A stretch of 64,000 bases of DNA from an uncultured Porphyromonas sp. (GTDB lineage: Bacteria > Bacteroidota > Bacteroidia > Bacteroidales > Porphyromonadaceae). The position numbers were made by a program, and so were the translations under genes. The stretch is taken from NCBI RefSeq assembly GCF_900539765.1, contig NZ_UQDF01000002.1; one strand, written 5' to 3'. Below the pieces are notes generated by a model. It did no database searches, was not told where the DNA came from, and worked only from the letters and a program-made list of their open reading frames with translations. Every line of letters begins with the position of its first letter. The first letter of the stretch is position 1. Positions 19,082 through 29,090 of the stretch are shown here, one piece after another.

Positions 19082-20161
19082 TTACTTGACGAGCTTCGTG
19101 CGTAGCGCATCGAGTACCTCGTCAGGAGAGAATAGCATACCACCCATACGTCCGAAGTGCTCTACAGGGCAGCGACCGTCTACCGCAAGTCTGACATCCT
19201 CTACCATCTGACCAGCGTTGAGCTCGACAGAGAGGAAGCCCTTGACACCACGCTCAGCGAGCTTGGTGATCACCTCGTATGGATAAGGCCATAGCGTGAT
19301 AGGACGTACGAGACCTACCTTGAGACCCTCCTGGCGAGCTACCTGGACGACCTTCTGGCAGATACGTGCAGAAGAGCCAAAAGCTACTAGTACGTAGTCA
19401 GCATCCTCGGTCATTGTCTCCTCGTAGCGTACCTCGTTCTCCTCGATCTTGCGATACTTCTCCTGGAAGCGTAGGTTGTTTTGCTCCATCACAGCTGAGT
19501 CTAGCTCGAGAGATGTGATGATAGAGCGCTTGTCAGGTGTATGACCTGTAGTAGCCCAAGGGCAGCTAGCAGCGATCTCCTCATCGGTGTGACGAGGCTT
19601 CTGCTCAGGTAGTACGACCTTCTCCATCATCTGTCCGATGATACCATCGCTCAGTATCATAACTGGGTTACGATACTTAAACGCCATATCCATACCGACA
19701 CCGACGAAGTCGACCATCTCCTGTACAGAGTAAGGAGCTAGTACGATGAGACGGTAGTCACCGTGTCCACCACCCTTGGTGGTCTGGAAGTAGTCAGCCT
19801 GACTTGGCTGGATCGTACCTAGACCAGGGCCACCACGCATCACGTTGACGATAAGTGCGGGCAGCTCAGCACCAGCGATGTAGCTGATACCCTCAGCCAT
19901 CAGGCTGATACCAGGGCTAGAGGAGGAAGTCATGACACGCTTACCAGCGCCAGCGCCTCCATATACCATATTGATAGAAGAGACCTCACTCTCAGCCTGT
20001 AGGACGACCATACCAGTCGTCTCCCAGGGGCGTAGCGACATAAGAGTCTCGAGTACCTCAGACTGAGGTGTGATAGGATATCCGAAATAGCCATCCAGTC
20101 CGTTGAGGATTGCCGAGTGTGCCAGGGCCTCGTTGCCCTTCATCAGTTTTACTTCTGCCAT
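19082..20161 (-). CDS. 2-oxoacid:ferredoxin oxidoreductase alpha subunit
   Basis: MAEVKLMKGNEALAHSAILNG..GYPITPQSEV.. POR/KOR alpha family. 359 aa. Confidence 0.85.
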   Translation of the reverse strand: MAEVKLMKGNEALAHSAILNGLDGYFGYPITPQSEVLETLMSLRPWETTGMVVLQAESEVSSINMVYGGAGAGKRVMTSSSSPGISLMAEGISYIAGAELPALIVNVMRGGPGLGTIQPSQADYFQTTKGGGHGDYRLIVLAPYSVQEMVDFVGVGMDMAFKYRNPVMILSDGIIGQMMEKVVLPEQKPRHTDEEIAASCPWATTGHTPDKRSIITSLELDSAVMEQNNLRFQEKYRKIEENEVRYEETMTEDADYVLVAFGSSARICQKVVQVARQEGLKVGLVRPITLWPYPYEVITKLAERGVKGFLSVELNAGQMVEDVRLAVDGRCPVEHFGRMGGMLFSPDEVLDALRTKLVK

Positions 20162-20174
20162 GATAGCTATAGGA

Positions 20175-20402
20175 TTAAAGGTTTACTTTATAGACGCTGA
20201 TACATCCATCGGGACAGACCACGCCACAGTTTGCGCAGCCAATGCATGTTTCGGGGCTGCTCATATAGCAGTAGTGATACCCCTTGTCGTTCACCTCGTC
20301 TGGGTGAAGTGAGATACTCGCAGTAGGACACGCCACAACGCAGAGGTTGCACCCCTTGCAGCGCTGCTCGTTGACTACGATTGCTCCTCTAAATTTTGCC
20401 AT
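20175..20402 (-). CDS. 4Fe-4S dicluster ferredoxin (delta subunit, oorD-like)
   Basis: Two CxxCxxCxxxCP motifs (CKGCNLCVVACP, CIGCANCGVVCP). Start set at MAKFRGAIVV (residue 30 of supplied ORF). Confidence 0.8.
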   Translation of the reverse strand: MAKFRGAIVVNEQRCKGCNLCVVACPTASISLHPDEVNDKGYHYCYMSSPETCIGCANCGVVCPDGCISVYKVNL

Positions 20403-20669
20403 GTGTAGTACTTTATAGATATTGTACCCTCCTCCCGTCAGCTGACAAAAGTCGAGTACTGTGATACAATTAGTTTTCTTCGACCTCAAAGTTACAAAGA
20501 ATATTCGTAATACCTACCACTAGGTAGAGAAAAAGATTGTTTTCCTGCCATATTCTCCGTAAAGAGGCTCTTTTGTAGACGAATAGGTCCTAAAAATGAG
20601 TAGAGACTGCCACTACTAGCGACAGTCTCTAGACGGATAGGTGCAATAAGATGCAGGTTACAGAGTCGA

Positions 20670-21068
20670 TTACGACTGACTAGCTAACTCAGCCGATCGA
20701 AAGTCATCAATAGCCTTCACGAATTCCGCTAGGGATACGCCATCCCACCTTGCAGCCTCTGCTAGGTGCTGATACTTAGGGAGGAGTACGATATGATTGT
20801 CTTCAAGCGTAAGTACAGAGGCGAGGTTTGTAGCCTCTTTCTCGCTGTACTCTTTTTGGCCAGTGAGGGCTCGCACCACCTCGACAGCCTTACGTGTCGT
20901 AGCATCAGCCTGAGCCAGTGTTGCATCCTGCTCAGATAGATGCATGACGGTCTCTATGACCTTTACGATCTCTTGCTGAGATTCATCCAGCGTCACCTGC
21001 TGCTGTCCCTTTGCCACGAGTGGTAGCACGAAAAGGAGCAGAGCGCATAACCATGTTGTGTGTTTCAT
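20670..21068 (-). CDS. hypothetical secreted protein
   Basis: Signal peptide MKHTTWLCALLLFVLPLVAKGQQQ. No recognisable domain. 132 aa. Confidence 0.45.
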   Translation of the reverse strand: MKHTTWLCALLLFVLPLVAKGQQQVTLDESQQEIVKVIETVMHLSEQDATLAQADATTRKAVEVVRALTGQKEYSEKEATNLASVLTLEDNHIVLLPKYQHLAEAARWDGVSLAEFVKAIDDFRSAELASQS

Positions 21069-21252
21069 AATTATAAAGCTTAGAAGTTAGTATTGTTGGT
21101 TTGTTATCATTTCGCTCTCTTTAGATCTCTCGTTGAAGTCTCTCGTTGCTTCAACACCTTGTACCACAGAAGATGAAACAAGCAAGAAACAATCACCATA
21201 CCACAAAGATAGTTTTTTTTGCAAACAACAAAGCGCTTGATGGTAGACGAAA

Positions 21253-21281
21253 CGTCTAACCTCTAACTTCTAATCTCTAAT
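21253..21281. repeat. degenerate heptamer array (TCTAAYN)x4, reverse orientation of the RNTTAGA arrays
   Basis: cgtctaacctctaacttctaatctctaatcc, directly abutting CACGTG element copy 2. Confidence 0.55.
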
Positions 21282-21287
21282 CCGATC

Positions 21288-21452
21288 GTCACGTGGAAAA
21301 TCTCAAATCTCCACGTGGCGGTTTTTCATTTTCCACGTGGAGACGAAATGATTCCTCCGAAGTTTCATTTGATTCCTCCGAAGTTTTATTTCTCGCCTAC
21401 GTGGAGATTTTTTATTTGCCACGTGGCGATTTGAGAATTTCCACGTGGGGAT
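21288..21452 (-). repeat. CACGTG-box composite palindromic element, copy 2
   Basis: cgtcacgtggaaaatctcaaatctccacgtgg..ttccacgtggagacgaaatgattcctccgaagtttcatttgattcctccgaagtttt..cctacgtggag..gccacgtggcgatttgagaatttccacgtgggg. Central tandem in opposite orientation to copy 1. Confidence 0.75.
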
Positions 21453-21628
21453 CAGCTTTTTTTGTGGCAAAGCGTTTCGGGCATAAGAGATTCTGTTCAG
21501 AATGTGCTAGTGAGTGGAATATGCTGAAGGCGGCATATTTTGCTCTCAGCAGTTATTTCAGTAGATTTGCGTTAGAATCGACTGGGCGCATCCAGAGGAC
21601 TGAGCCCCCTAAGTAAGACCATTTACCG

Positions 21629-24600
21629 ATGAACTACAAAGGATTCCTATACACACTACTGCTCTGTGGGCAGTTGCCACTAGCCTACCAACTTCAGGCG
21701 CAAGAGACCTTTAGCATACCCACCGAGCAGCATACTATCGAGGTGACACTCGCAGCAGGTTCGCCCCTGCGTACCACGACGCTCCTCTCCTCTACACATC
21801 GTCTGAGCAAGGCGGACGGGTGGTTTGCCACCTATGGAGCGCATCTACTGGGTCGTCCTAGTGCTGCTGCTGAGCTGGAAGAGTATATCACCACAGACCC
21901 TATCTCCCGTCAGGCACAGGTAGCTCGTATAGCTCGTGCCACACACTACCTATATAATAAGGAGTACAATCGCGCTCGCCATACGCTAGAGCAGGTGCGT
22001 GAAGAGACCTTGACAAGCGAGGCACGCAGCGAGTGGCAGGTCAAGATGGCCTACGCTCTCCTGCTGTCTGGTCGTCCTGTGGAGCAGGTGGAGCAGCTTT
22101 TTGAGATGACCGCTACAGGTGATGACTACTGGGGCGATGTGGCTAGACTCTATCTAGCGCAGCTATACATAGCGCAAAACGATCTGGACAAGGCTGAGCG
22201 CACGCTCCTCCCGATACAGGATCAGGGGGATCTGCAGTACGATGCTCGTCTAGGGCTGGCACGGATAGCTCTCTATCGGCAAAACTACCAGTCGGTGCTC
22301 ACACACACCGAGGCACTCACTACGGCAGGTCTCTCAGAGGAGCAGCGCGCAGAGAGTCAGATCATAGAGGCAAATGCTTGGTATCGTCTGGAGGATCCGA
22401 GCAAAGCTATCGAGCGCCTAGCCCCGCTATCAGACCAGAATGCTAGTCTCCTTACCCCCGAAGACCAACTCATCCTCGCGGCTGCCTATATGGAGACGGA
22501 GCGCACGGAGCAAGCGATCCCGCACCTACTCCTAGCGACCCGTGGCGATGCGGAGACCAGTGGTGTGGCCAACCTCTACCTAGCACGTGCTCGTAGAGAT
22601 ATGGGGCTTTACTCCGAAGCTCTTGCCTCCTATCAGGTGGCGGCAGATAGAGCCGTAGCACCCTCGATCCGTGAGGCTGCTATGTACGAGCAGGTATTGC
22701 TGATGCGCAGCAAGGCGAGCGGTTCGTTTGGTCAGGAGGTAAGGCTCTGCGAGGAGTTTCTCAATACATTCGCTCAGTCGGCACACCGTGAGGCTATGGA
22801 GCACTTTCTCATCGAGAGCTACTACCGTAGCCCAGACTACTTGACTAGTCTAGCCTCCATAGGACGTATCCAAAGCCCTTCGCCAGTTATCATAGAGGCG
22901 CAGTGCTATCTGCTCAATCAGCTCACGCAGCAGGCGCAACAGGCGGGCGACCTAGCCCTAGCACAACGCTATAACCAACAGGCGCAGCGGATTGCCACAA
23001 AATCCGCTCACCACACCGAGGCTGAGCTACTAGGGGCGCAGCTCCTCTCTCAGCAGGGAGCTCACAAGCAAGCATCACAAGCCCTCACAGCTATCCTCAA
23101 TAAGCGCGCAGCCTCTAGCAAGCAGCTACAGATCGCTCGCTACCTACTAGGCTATAGTCAGATCAAGCAGCAGCAGTACAGTGCTGCCACGCAGACACTC
23201 TCCATATTACTCCAAGAGGGCACACTCGACAACACGCTACAAGCTGATGTCCACGCTCGTCTAGGCGATGCGCACTACATGCAGGGTCACTACACGCCGG
23301 CCGTACGCTACTACGAGGAAGCTTATAGACTCGCGCCTGATAATCAGGTCTATGCGCTCTATATGCTGTCAGACATTGAGGGACTCAAGAAGGAGTACAA
23401 AGCACAGATAGCTGCCCTCGATAAGTTAGTCGCTCGTCACCCTAATAGTCTCTACAAGCCTCGTGCTATGTACGATCAGGGACGCGCTATGGAGCTGTCG
23501 GGACAGCATACGGAGGCTATCGGAGCCTTCACGCGCCTGACGCAAGAGTACCCGCAGAGTGAGTATGGGCGCAAGGCTGCCTTGCAGTTGGCACTACTAT
23601 ATTATAATAGGAATGAGACGAGCCGAGCCATCGAAACCTACAAAGCACTCCTAGCCGAAGCGCCACAGAGTGGCGAGGCAAAGCAGGCGTACGAAGCACT
23701 CAAGAGTATCTACATCGAAGAGGGACGCTCCTCCGATTTTGTCCAGTATGCTAACAGCATCGGCGGAAGCTACTCCATCGATGAGAGTGAGGCGATGAGC
23801 ATCTCCTTCGAGACAGCTGAGCGTGCTTACCAGTCCCGACAGCCACAGGCTGAGCGCTTGCTCAAAGAGTACCTAGCTCTGAATCCGCAAGGAGCCTCTT
23901 CGCTCTTAGCGAACTACTACCTGGCCGACCTCTACGATCGTGCTGGTAAGGGAGAGGAGGCTCTAGCACTCTATGAGCGTATCTATCCCAGTCGCAAGCA
24001 ACTATCGCAAGAGCTGCACATCGGTTTGCTTCAGAAGATGTCTGCCATACACATACAGCAGCGAGCTTATGCTCAGGCATTGCCCTTGCAGCAGGAGCTA
24101 CTCACGCTACCGCTAGAGCCTGCGAGCTACCAGACGACACTGCTCTCGGCTACTGAGTGCGCGCTCCAAGCGGGACAGTATGAGTGGGTCATCAAGGTCG
24201 TGACACCTCAGCTAGACAAGTCTAAGGGTTGGAATCAAGAGCAACTAGACCTCCTAACTTGTCGCCTAGCGACCAGCTACTTGAAGACAGGTCGGGGCAA
24301 CCAGATCGAGCCACTCCTGAAGCCACTTGTCGCTCGCATAGAGACCTACGCTGGCACCCAGGGTACGCTCCTATTGGCGCAATACTACGTCTCCAACAAG
24401 ATCCAGCAGAGCTACTCGAAGCAGCTACTCGACAAGTTGGTCAACGATGCCTACCCAGACCCCGAACTATCTGCCGAGACGATCATAACGCTCTCCGACT
24501 GGTACCTCGCCAAGGGAGACCCCGACACAGCAAGACTATACCTCGAGAGCCTACTCAAGAACTACACCGACGAGACCTCGCCGATACGTCTGCGCGCTAC

Positions 24601-24640
24601 GGAGAAGCTCGCACAGCTTCGTCAGAGTACCACTCGCTAA
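21629..24640 (+). CDS. large TPR-repeat (lipo)protein, 1003 aa
   Basis: Signal peptide with possible lipobox (..YTLLLCGQL..). Long run of TPR-like helices (many AxxxY..LG motifs). No catalytic domain recognised. Confidence 0.6.
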   Translation: MNYKGFLYTLLLCGQLPLAYQLQAQETFSIPTEQHTIEVTLAAGSPLRTTTLLSSTHRLSKADGWFATYGAHLLGRPSAAAELEEYITTDPISRQAQVARIARATHYLYNKEYNRARHTLEQVREETLTSEARSEWQVKMAYALLLSGRPVEQVEQLFEMTATGDDYWGDVARLYLAQLYIAQNDLDKAERTLLPIQDQGDLQYDARLGLARIALYRQNYQSVLTHTEALTTAGLSEEQRAESQIIEANAWYRLEDPSKAIERLAPLSDQNASLLTPEDQLILAAAYMETERTEQAIPHLLLATRGDAETSGVANLYLARARRDMGLYSEALASYQVAADRAVAPSIREAAMYEQVLLMRSKASGSFGQEVRLCEEFLNTFAQSAHREAMEHFLIESYYRSPDYLTSLASIGRIQSPSPVIIEAQCYLLNQLTQQAQQAGDLALAQRYNQQAQRIATKSAHHTEAELLGAQLLSQQGAHKQASQALTAILNKRAASSKQLQIARYLLGYSQIKQQQYSAATQTLSILLQEGTLDNTLQADVHARLGDAHYMQGHYTPAVRYYEEAYRLAPDNQVYALYMLSDIEGLKKEYKAQIAALDKLVARHPNSLYKPRAMYDQGRAMELSGQHTEAIGAFTRLTQEYPQSEYGRKAALQLALLYYNRNETSRAIETYKALLAEAPQSGEAKQAYEALKSIYIEEGRSSDFVQYANSIGGSYSIDESEAMSISFETAERAYQSRQPQAERLLKEYLALNPQGASSLLANYYLADLYDRAGKGEEALALYERIYPSRKQLSQELHIGLLQKMSAIHIQQRAYAQALPLQQELLTLPLEPASYQTTLLSATECALQAGQYEWVIKVVTPQLDKSKGWNQEQLDLLTCRLATSYLKTGRGNQIEPLLKPLVARIETYAGTQGTLLLAQYYVSNKIQQSYSKQLLDKLVNDAYPDPELSAETIITLSDWYLAKGDPDTARLYLESLLKNYTDETSPIRLRATEKLAQLRQSTTR

Positions 24641-24682
24641 CACCCCTCTACCCTACTATCCCAACGATTAAGTCTACAAGCG

Positions 24683-26491
24683 ATGAAACGACTATATAGT
24701 CTCCTCCTAATCCTGCTCAGCACACTACTTCCGACTTTAGCTCAAAACACCAAAACAGTGGCCGAGCGTGACACAATCAGCCGTGAGGTCACTGTGGTGA
24801 GCGACAAGGTGAAGCAGATCGATGATACCAATCCTATCTTTACCCCTATACCTCTGACGAGGCCTCAGATCGAGCGCTACAATCCAGCCACGCCTCGCTC
24901 CACGAGAGACTTCACGCCGACCCTCTCGCCAGCACCTACACCTCAGTTGTCTAGCTTTGCCCGTGAGGTGCCCCAGCCCTACAATGGCATTATGGCTCGT
25001 CTCTTCGGAGGCTATGCTCCTGCTTTCGGTGGGGATCTGGCGGGGCAGTGGCACTTTGGGAGCCAGCATAACGTTCTTTCCTTCGATCTGACGCATCGGT
25101 CGGAGCTTTTCACGCTCAGCAAGAACGGACCCAACCGCTCTGTGCATGGTCCTATTGATGAGTCCGATGCGGACTATCACTACCTCGAGGAGATACCACG
25201 AGAGACCGATATGTACCGCCACGCTACCGAGGGAGTCGTAGGCTACAGCTACCACTGGGGAGAGAGTATGGTCAAACTGCAGGGAGGCATCCGCAGTCAT
25301 ATCTTTGCGCACACACCCACACAGCAAAAGCTAGAGCTAAGCACGATACCTCTACTAGATCGCACCCGCTGGCAAGACGAGCTACGCGAGTATAGTCTGA
25401 CAGGACGCATAGACAACCTACAGGCGCAGAACTGGTCTTTCGACCTTGGCGCACGCTACGCTTTCTTATCCCACTCACTACCCAGCCCTGCACAAAGGGA
25501 TCTCATTGCTAACGAGCACTTGCACGTGGTAGACGCTGATGGAGCCACCGCCGTGCAGCTCTCTGATGACTGGTCTCTAGGACTGAGTGCCGATATGCGT
25601 ATCCGCACGAGCCAGCCCTCACAGCTCTTCCTCCTAGGGGCACACCCGCAGTTTCGCTATCGTGGGTTCGTTGGCTTTGCCGATCTGGACTTTGCAGGCG
25701 GTGTGGGCGTAGACTTTGCCAACCAAGAGGTGGTACTCTACCCAGAGGTTCACCTATCGCTCTCTGACCAGAGACGCTGGGAGTGGTACCTACAGGCATC
25801 AGGCGGGCTACAAGATGTGAACCCCTTTGACTACCTAACCCGCATACCAGGCATCATGCTCGACGCACTGCCTAGACCTGAGCGTCAGCAACTAGGCTCT
25901 CGCACAGGAGTCAAGCTACAGCTCGGCTCAGGCACTTACGAGCTGTACGGTGGATACGATCACTACGCCCGCACTTACGGCTTCAACCTCATCCCCTACT
26001 ACGCTGGCGAAGAGCTGTACGGCTCGTGGCTACAGTCGCAGCGCAACGAGTACACGAAGCTCGACATCTTCTACGCTGGGCTAGACCTCTCTACCGTCAT
26101 CGCACGGGTCTGTGAGCTAAGCCTCGGAGCGCAGTTTAACCATCTTGCCAACTACACCTTCCACGTCCCCAAGCCTTACTTCCAGGGCTATGCCAAGCTA
26201 GCCGTTCGTCCTACGAAGCGTCTAGACCTTCGTGGAGTGGTCTACTATGACACTAGTCTCACTACCAAGATCTTGCACCCCGCCCAGGCTCCCGAGATAG
26301 GGCTTCGTGAGGGTGCCGCTAGAGGTTCGCTCACAAGGCTCACCGCTGAGGTGACGGCGCAGTACCGCTTGACCAAGATGTGGACGCTCTTTGCCACCTT
26401 CGACAGTCAGCACTACGGACTAGGTGCTTATGATATGTCACAGCCCTACAGTGGGCGCATCGGTGTACAGTTTAATTGGTCCGCTTTATAA
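24683..26491 (+). CDS. putative outer-membrane beta-barrel protein, 602 aa
   Basis: Signal peptide (MKRLYSLLLILLSTLLPTLAQ). Alternating hydrophobic/Tyr/Gly-rich segments with aromatic C-terminus (..GRIGVQFNWSAL). 43 bp downstream of the TPR gene. Confidence 0.45.
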   Translation: MKRLYSLLLILLSTLLPTLAQNTKTVAERDTISREVTVVSDKVKQIDDTNPIFTPIPLTRPQIERYNPATPRSTRDFTPTLSPAPTPQLSSFAREVPQPYNGIMARLFGGYAPAFGGDLAGQWHFGSQHNVLSFDLTHRSELFTLSKNGPNRSVHGPIDESDADYHYLEEIPRETDMYRHATEGVVGYSYHWGESMVKLQGGIRSHIFAHTPTQQKLELSTIPLLDRTRWQDELREYSLTGRIDNLQAQNWSFDLGARYAFLSHSLPSPAQRDLIANEHLHVVDADGATAVQLSDDWSLGLSADMRIRTSQPSQLFLLGAHPQFRYRGFVGFADLDFAGGVGVDFANQEVVLYPEVHLSLSDQRRWEWYLQASGGLQDVNPFDYLTRIPGIMLDALPRPERQQLGSRTGVKLQLGSGTYELYGGYDHYARTYGFNLIPYYAGEELYGSWLQSQRNEYTKLDIFYAGLDLSTVIARVCELSLGAQFNHLANYTFHVPKPYFQGYAKLAVRPTKRLDLRGVVYYDTSLTTKILHPAQAPEIGLREGAARGSLTRLTAEVTAQYRLTKMWTLFATFDSQHYGLGAYDMSQPYSGRIGVQFNWSAL

Positions 26492-26507
26492 CAATGAAAG
26501 GAGTCGT

Positions 26508-27770
26508 ATGATGAATCAAGCAAAGAGTGGCGGCTATAAGTTTCTCGCCATCAAAGACCGCAACTGCCTACTCGGAAGCAATGGCGAGATCGCTCTAGAG
26601 GATCGCGAAGCTCTTCTAGAGGTGCAGGAGGAGTACGCCCTGCGTGTGGCGGTCGCCAGCGAAGCTCCTATGACTAGTCTTCTGAAGATCTCGGAGCTGC
26701 TGCAACTACCACGCAACAGTGGCTACGTCATCTCCCATCTAGGCGCACGCGTTCACAACTGTCGTACGGGTCGTGAGCTAGCCTCTCGTCCTCTCCGTGC
26801 GGAGCAGCTCACGCATCTCTACGAGCTGGTCGATAGCGACTACACGCTCGCACTCATAGGTGAGAAAGCGCTCTACGCTACGAAGACCCATCAGCCACGT
26901 ATCCTCCAGCTCGCCAAGCTTTGGAGCATGCCGATCCTAGACTTGACCAAAGCAAATGAACCCTTCAAAGCTCCTGCCGAGCCGATCTTTAGAGCTATCA
27001 TCTTAGCCAGACAAGATCGCCTGGCGAAGCTGAGCGACCTGCTTAATTCAGGACAAGGCTTGACCGCTACCTTCTACGATGAGCCGATGAATGAGCTCTC
27101 AGTCGTAGCCTCTGGCGTCAGCCTGCGAGGAGCGCTCGACTTTATTCTCGACCGACTAGACCTCAACCAGCAAAACGTCATTGCCGTCGGCACCACCCTA
27201 GAGGATGCCGCCATGGTGCAGCGTGCAGGACTAGGCGTAGCTATGGCAAACGCTCCCGAGCCGCTCAAGAGCTGCGCTGACTACATCACCACCTCTTGCG
27301 ATGCTGCGGGCTTAGCCCATATGATCACCAAGCAGATCAAGCTGCGCTACGATGGAGTCCCCTTTGACCCAGAAGATGCCAACGAGATCATGCCCAACAC
27401 GCTCATGGGTACGCTCGGTATGCGCTGCACAGAGATAGCTCGTGGCTATGTCACGGGTACTATGCCCGTGGACAATCGTACGAGACAACCGATGGGTATA
27501 CTGCACGGAGGGGCTTCGCTAGCCTTTGCCGAGACCCTCGCAGGACTAGGGTCAGTAGCCATAGCCAACGAAGGCGAGATACAGGTTGGCATGCAGGTGA
27601 GTGGCTACCACGTCTCCTCGACAGTCGTCGGAGACACCGTGCGAGGTGTCGCTACGATACTCCACAAGGGGCGCAGCACACACGTCTGGAACGTAGATAT
27701 CTACTCCACCCAGAGTGGCAAGCTGATCTGCACCTGCCGTGTCATCAACAGTATCATCAAGCAGCGCTAA
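26508..27770 (+). CDS. fusion protein: Cof-type HAD-IIB hydrolase (N) + PaaI/YbgC-type hotdog thioesterase (C)
   Basis: N-terminal ~270 aa has Cof-like HAD features (YKFLAIKD.., ..GVAMANAPEPLKSCADYIT..). C-terminal ~140 aa is a hotdog thioesterase (..GILHGGASLAFAETLAG..VSGYHVSS..STHVWNVDIY). Start set at MMNQAK (residue 29 of supplied ORF). Confidence 0.65.
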   Translation: MMNQAKSGGYKFLAIKDRNCLLGSNGEIALEDREALLEVQEEYALRVAVASEAPMTSLLKISELLQLPRNSGYVISHLGARVHNCRTGRELASRPLRAEQLTHLYELVDSDYTLALIGEKALYATKTHQPRILQLAKLWSMPILDLTKANEPFKAPAEPIFRAIILARQDRLAKLSDLLNSGQGLTATFYDEPMNELSVVASGVSLRGALDFILDRLDLNQQNVIAVGTTLEDAAMVQRAGLGVAMANAPEPLKSCADYITTSCDAAGLAHMITKQIKLRYDGVPFDPEDANEIMPNTLMGTLGMRCTEIARGYVTGTMPVDNRTRQPMGILHGGASLAFAETLAGLGSVAIANEGEIQVGMQVSGYHVSSTVVGDTVRGVATILHKGRSTHVWNVDIYSTQSGKLICTCRVINSIIKQR

Positions 27771-27785
27771 GCATCGGAATACGCT

Positions 27786-29018
27786 ATGAGCCAACTCCTA
27801 GAGCGATTTCTCCGCTACGCAAAGGTTCACACCACCTCCGATCCGAATAGCCCTACGAAGCCCTCGACACCCTGTCAGTGGGACTTGCTCCAGATGCTTC
27901 ACACTGAGCTAGAGGAGCTACAGATCCCCTCCACCTGCTACGATGCAGGCTATCTGATAGCGCAAATCCCCGCCACCACTGGCTACGAAGAGGTACCTCG
28001 CATCGCACTTCTCGCTCATGTAGACACCTCACCCGAAGCTCCAGGCGAAAAGGTCTCTCCCTGTCTCCACCCCAACTACGACGGCAAGCCGATCCAGCTC
28101 AAGGGCAGCACACTGAACCCCAGCGACTACCCCGACCTGCTGCGCTATGTAGGGCATACGCTCATCACAAGCGACGGGACGACACTCCTCGGAGCCGACG
28201 ACAAGGCAGGCGTCGCTATCTTGATGACCCTTGCTGCGGAGCTCCAGAGTAAGCCTGAGCTAGCGCACGGACCTATCGCACTAGCCTTCACGACAGACGA
28301 AGAGGTGGGGCGAGGACTGGAGGCCTTTGACGAGAGCCAGCTTCAGGCTACCTACGCTTACACCATCGATGGAGGACTCGAGGGCGAGTTTGAGTACGAA
28401 TGCTTTCACGCAGCCTCTGCACGCATCACCGCTACGGGACACAACGTCCACCCAGGCAGCGCCTACCACACGATGCGTCACGCACTCCAGTCGCTCATCA
28501 AGCTCGACAACAGACTAGGTTATGAGAGCGAGCGACCCGAGGTGACCCAGGGACGGGAGGGCTTCCTGCACCTATGCCACATGGCGGGAGATGTCTCGTC
28601 CGCAACCGCTGAGTACATCATCCGCGACCACGACCGCCAGCTCCTAGAACAACGCATAGCCCGCATCCGAGAGATAGCTCAGCAGATCAACGAAGAGCCA
28701 TACGCCGCACAGCTAGCGGTCGAAGTCTCCTACCAGTACCGCAATATGTACGACTACATCGCTCCGCACCCAGAGATCATCGAGCACGCTATCGCAGCCT
28801 ACGAGGCGGTCGGTGTCCAGCCGATCATCCAGCCGATACGTGGCGGCACCGACGGAGCGGTTCTCTCGGAGCGAGGCATCCCCTGCCCCAACATCTTCAC
28901 CAGTGGGGGCAACTTCCACTCCATCCACGAGTACTGTTCGCTCGATGCTATGGAGCGCTGCCTCTCTATCGTGACGCAGCTAGTTCGTCGCTATGCAGTA
29001 TCGCAGGCATTAGACTAA
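27786..29018 (+). CDS. pepT: peptidase T (M20B tripeptide aminopeptidase)
   Basis: MSQLLERFLRYAKVHTTSDPNS.. and M20 metal ligands (..LLAHVDTS.., ..GADDKAG.., ..TTDEEVG..). 410 aa. Confidence 0.8.
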   Translation: MSQLLERFLRYAKVHTTSDPNSPTKPSTPCQWDLLQMLHTELEELQIPSTCYDAGYLIAQIPATTGYEEVPRIALLAHVDTSPEAPGEKVSPCLHPNYDGKPIQLKGSTLNPSDYPDLLRYVGHTLITSDGTTLLGADDKAGVAILMTLAAELQSKPELAHGPIALAFTTDEEVGRGLEAFDESQLQATYAYTIDGGLEGEFEYECFHAASARITATGHNVHPGSAYHTMRHALQSLIKLDNRLGYESERPEVTQGREGFLHLCHMAGDVSSATAEYIIRDHDRQLLEQRIARIREIAQQINEEPYAAQLAVEVSYQYRNMYDYIAPHPEIIEHAIAAYEAVGVQPIIQPIRGGTDGAVLSERGIPCPNIFTSGGNFHSIHEYCSLDAMERCLSIVTQLVRRYAVSQALD

Positions 29019-29082
29019 AAGCCAACTCCACACCCTAAATTTGCGAAGTTGAGAAGGACAGAGGTAGTTCTCCTCGTTTTCG

Positions 29083-29090
29083 TACCTTTG
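29083..29090 (+). promoter_or_regulatory. candidate -7 promoter box TACCTTTG upstream of the lipoprotein gene
   Basis: ttttcgTACCTTTGctcg, about 110 bp upstream of the ATG at 29201. Motif match only. Confidence 0.25.
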
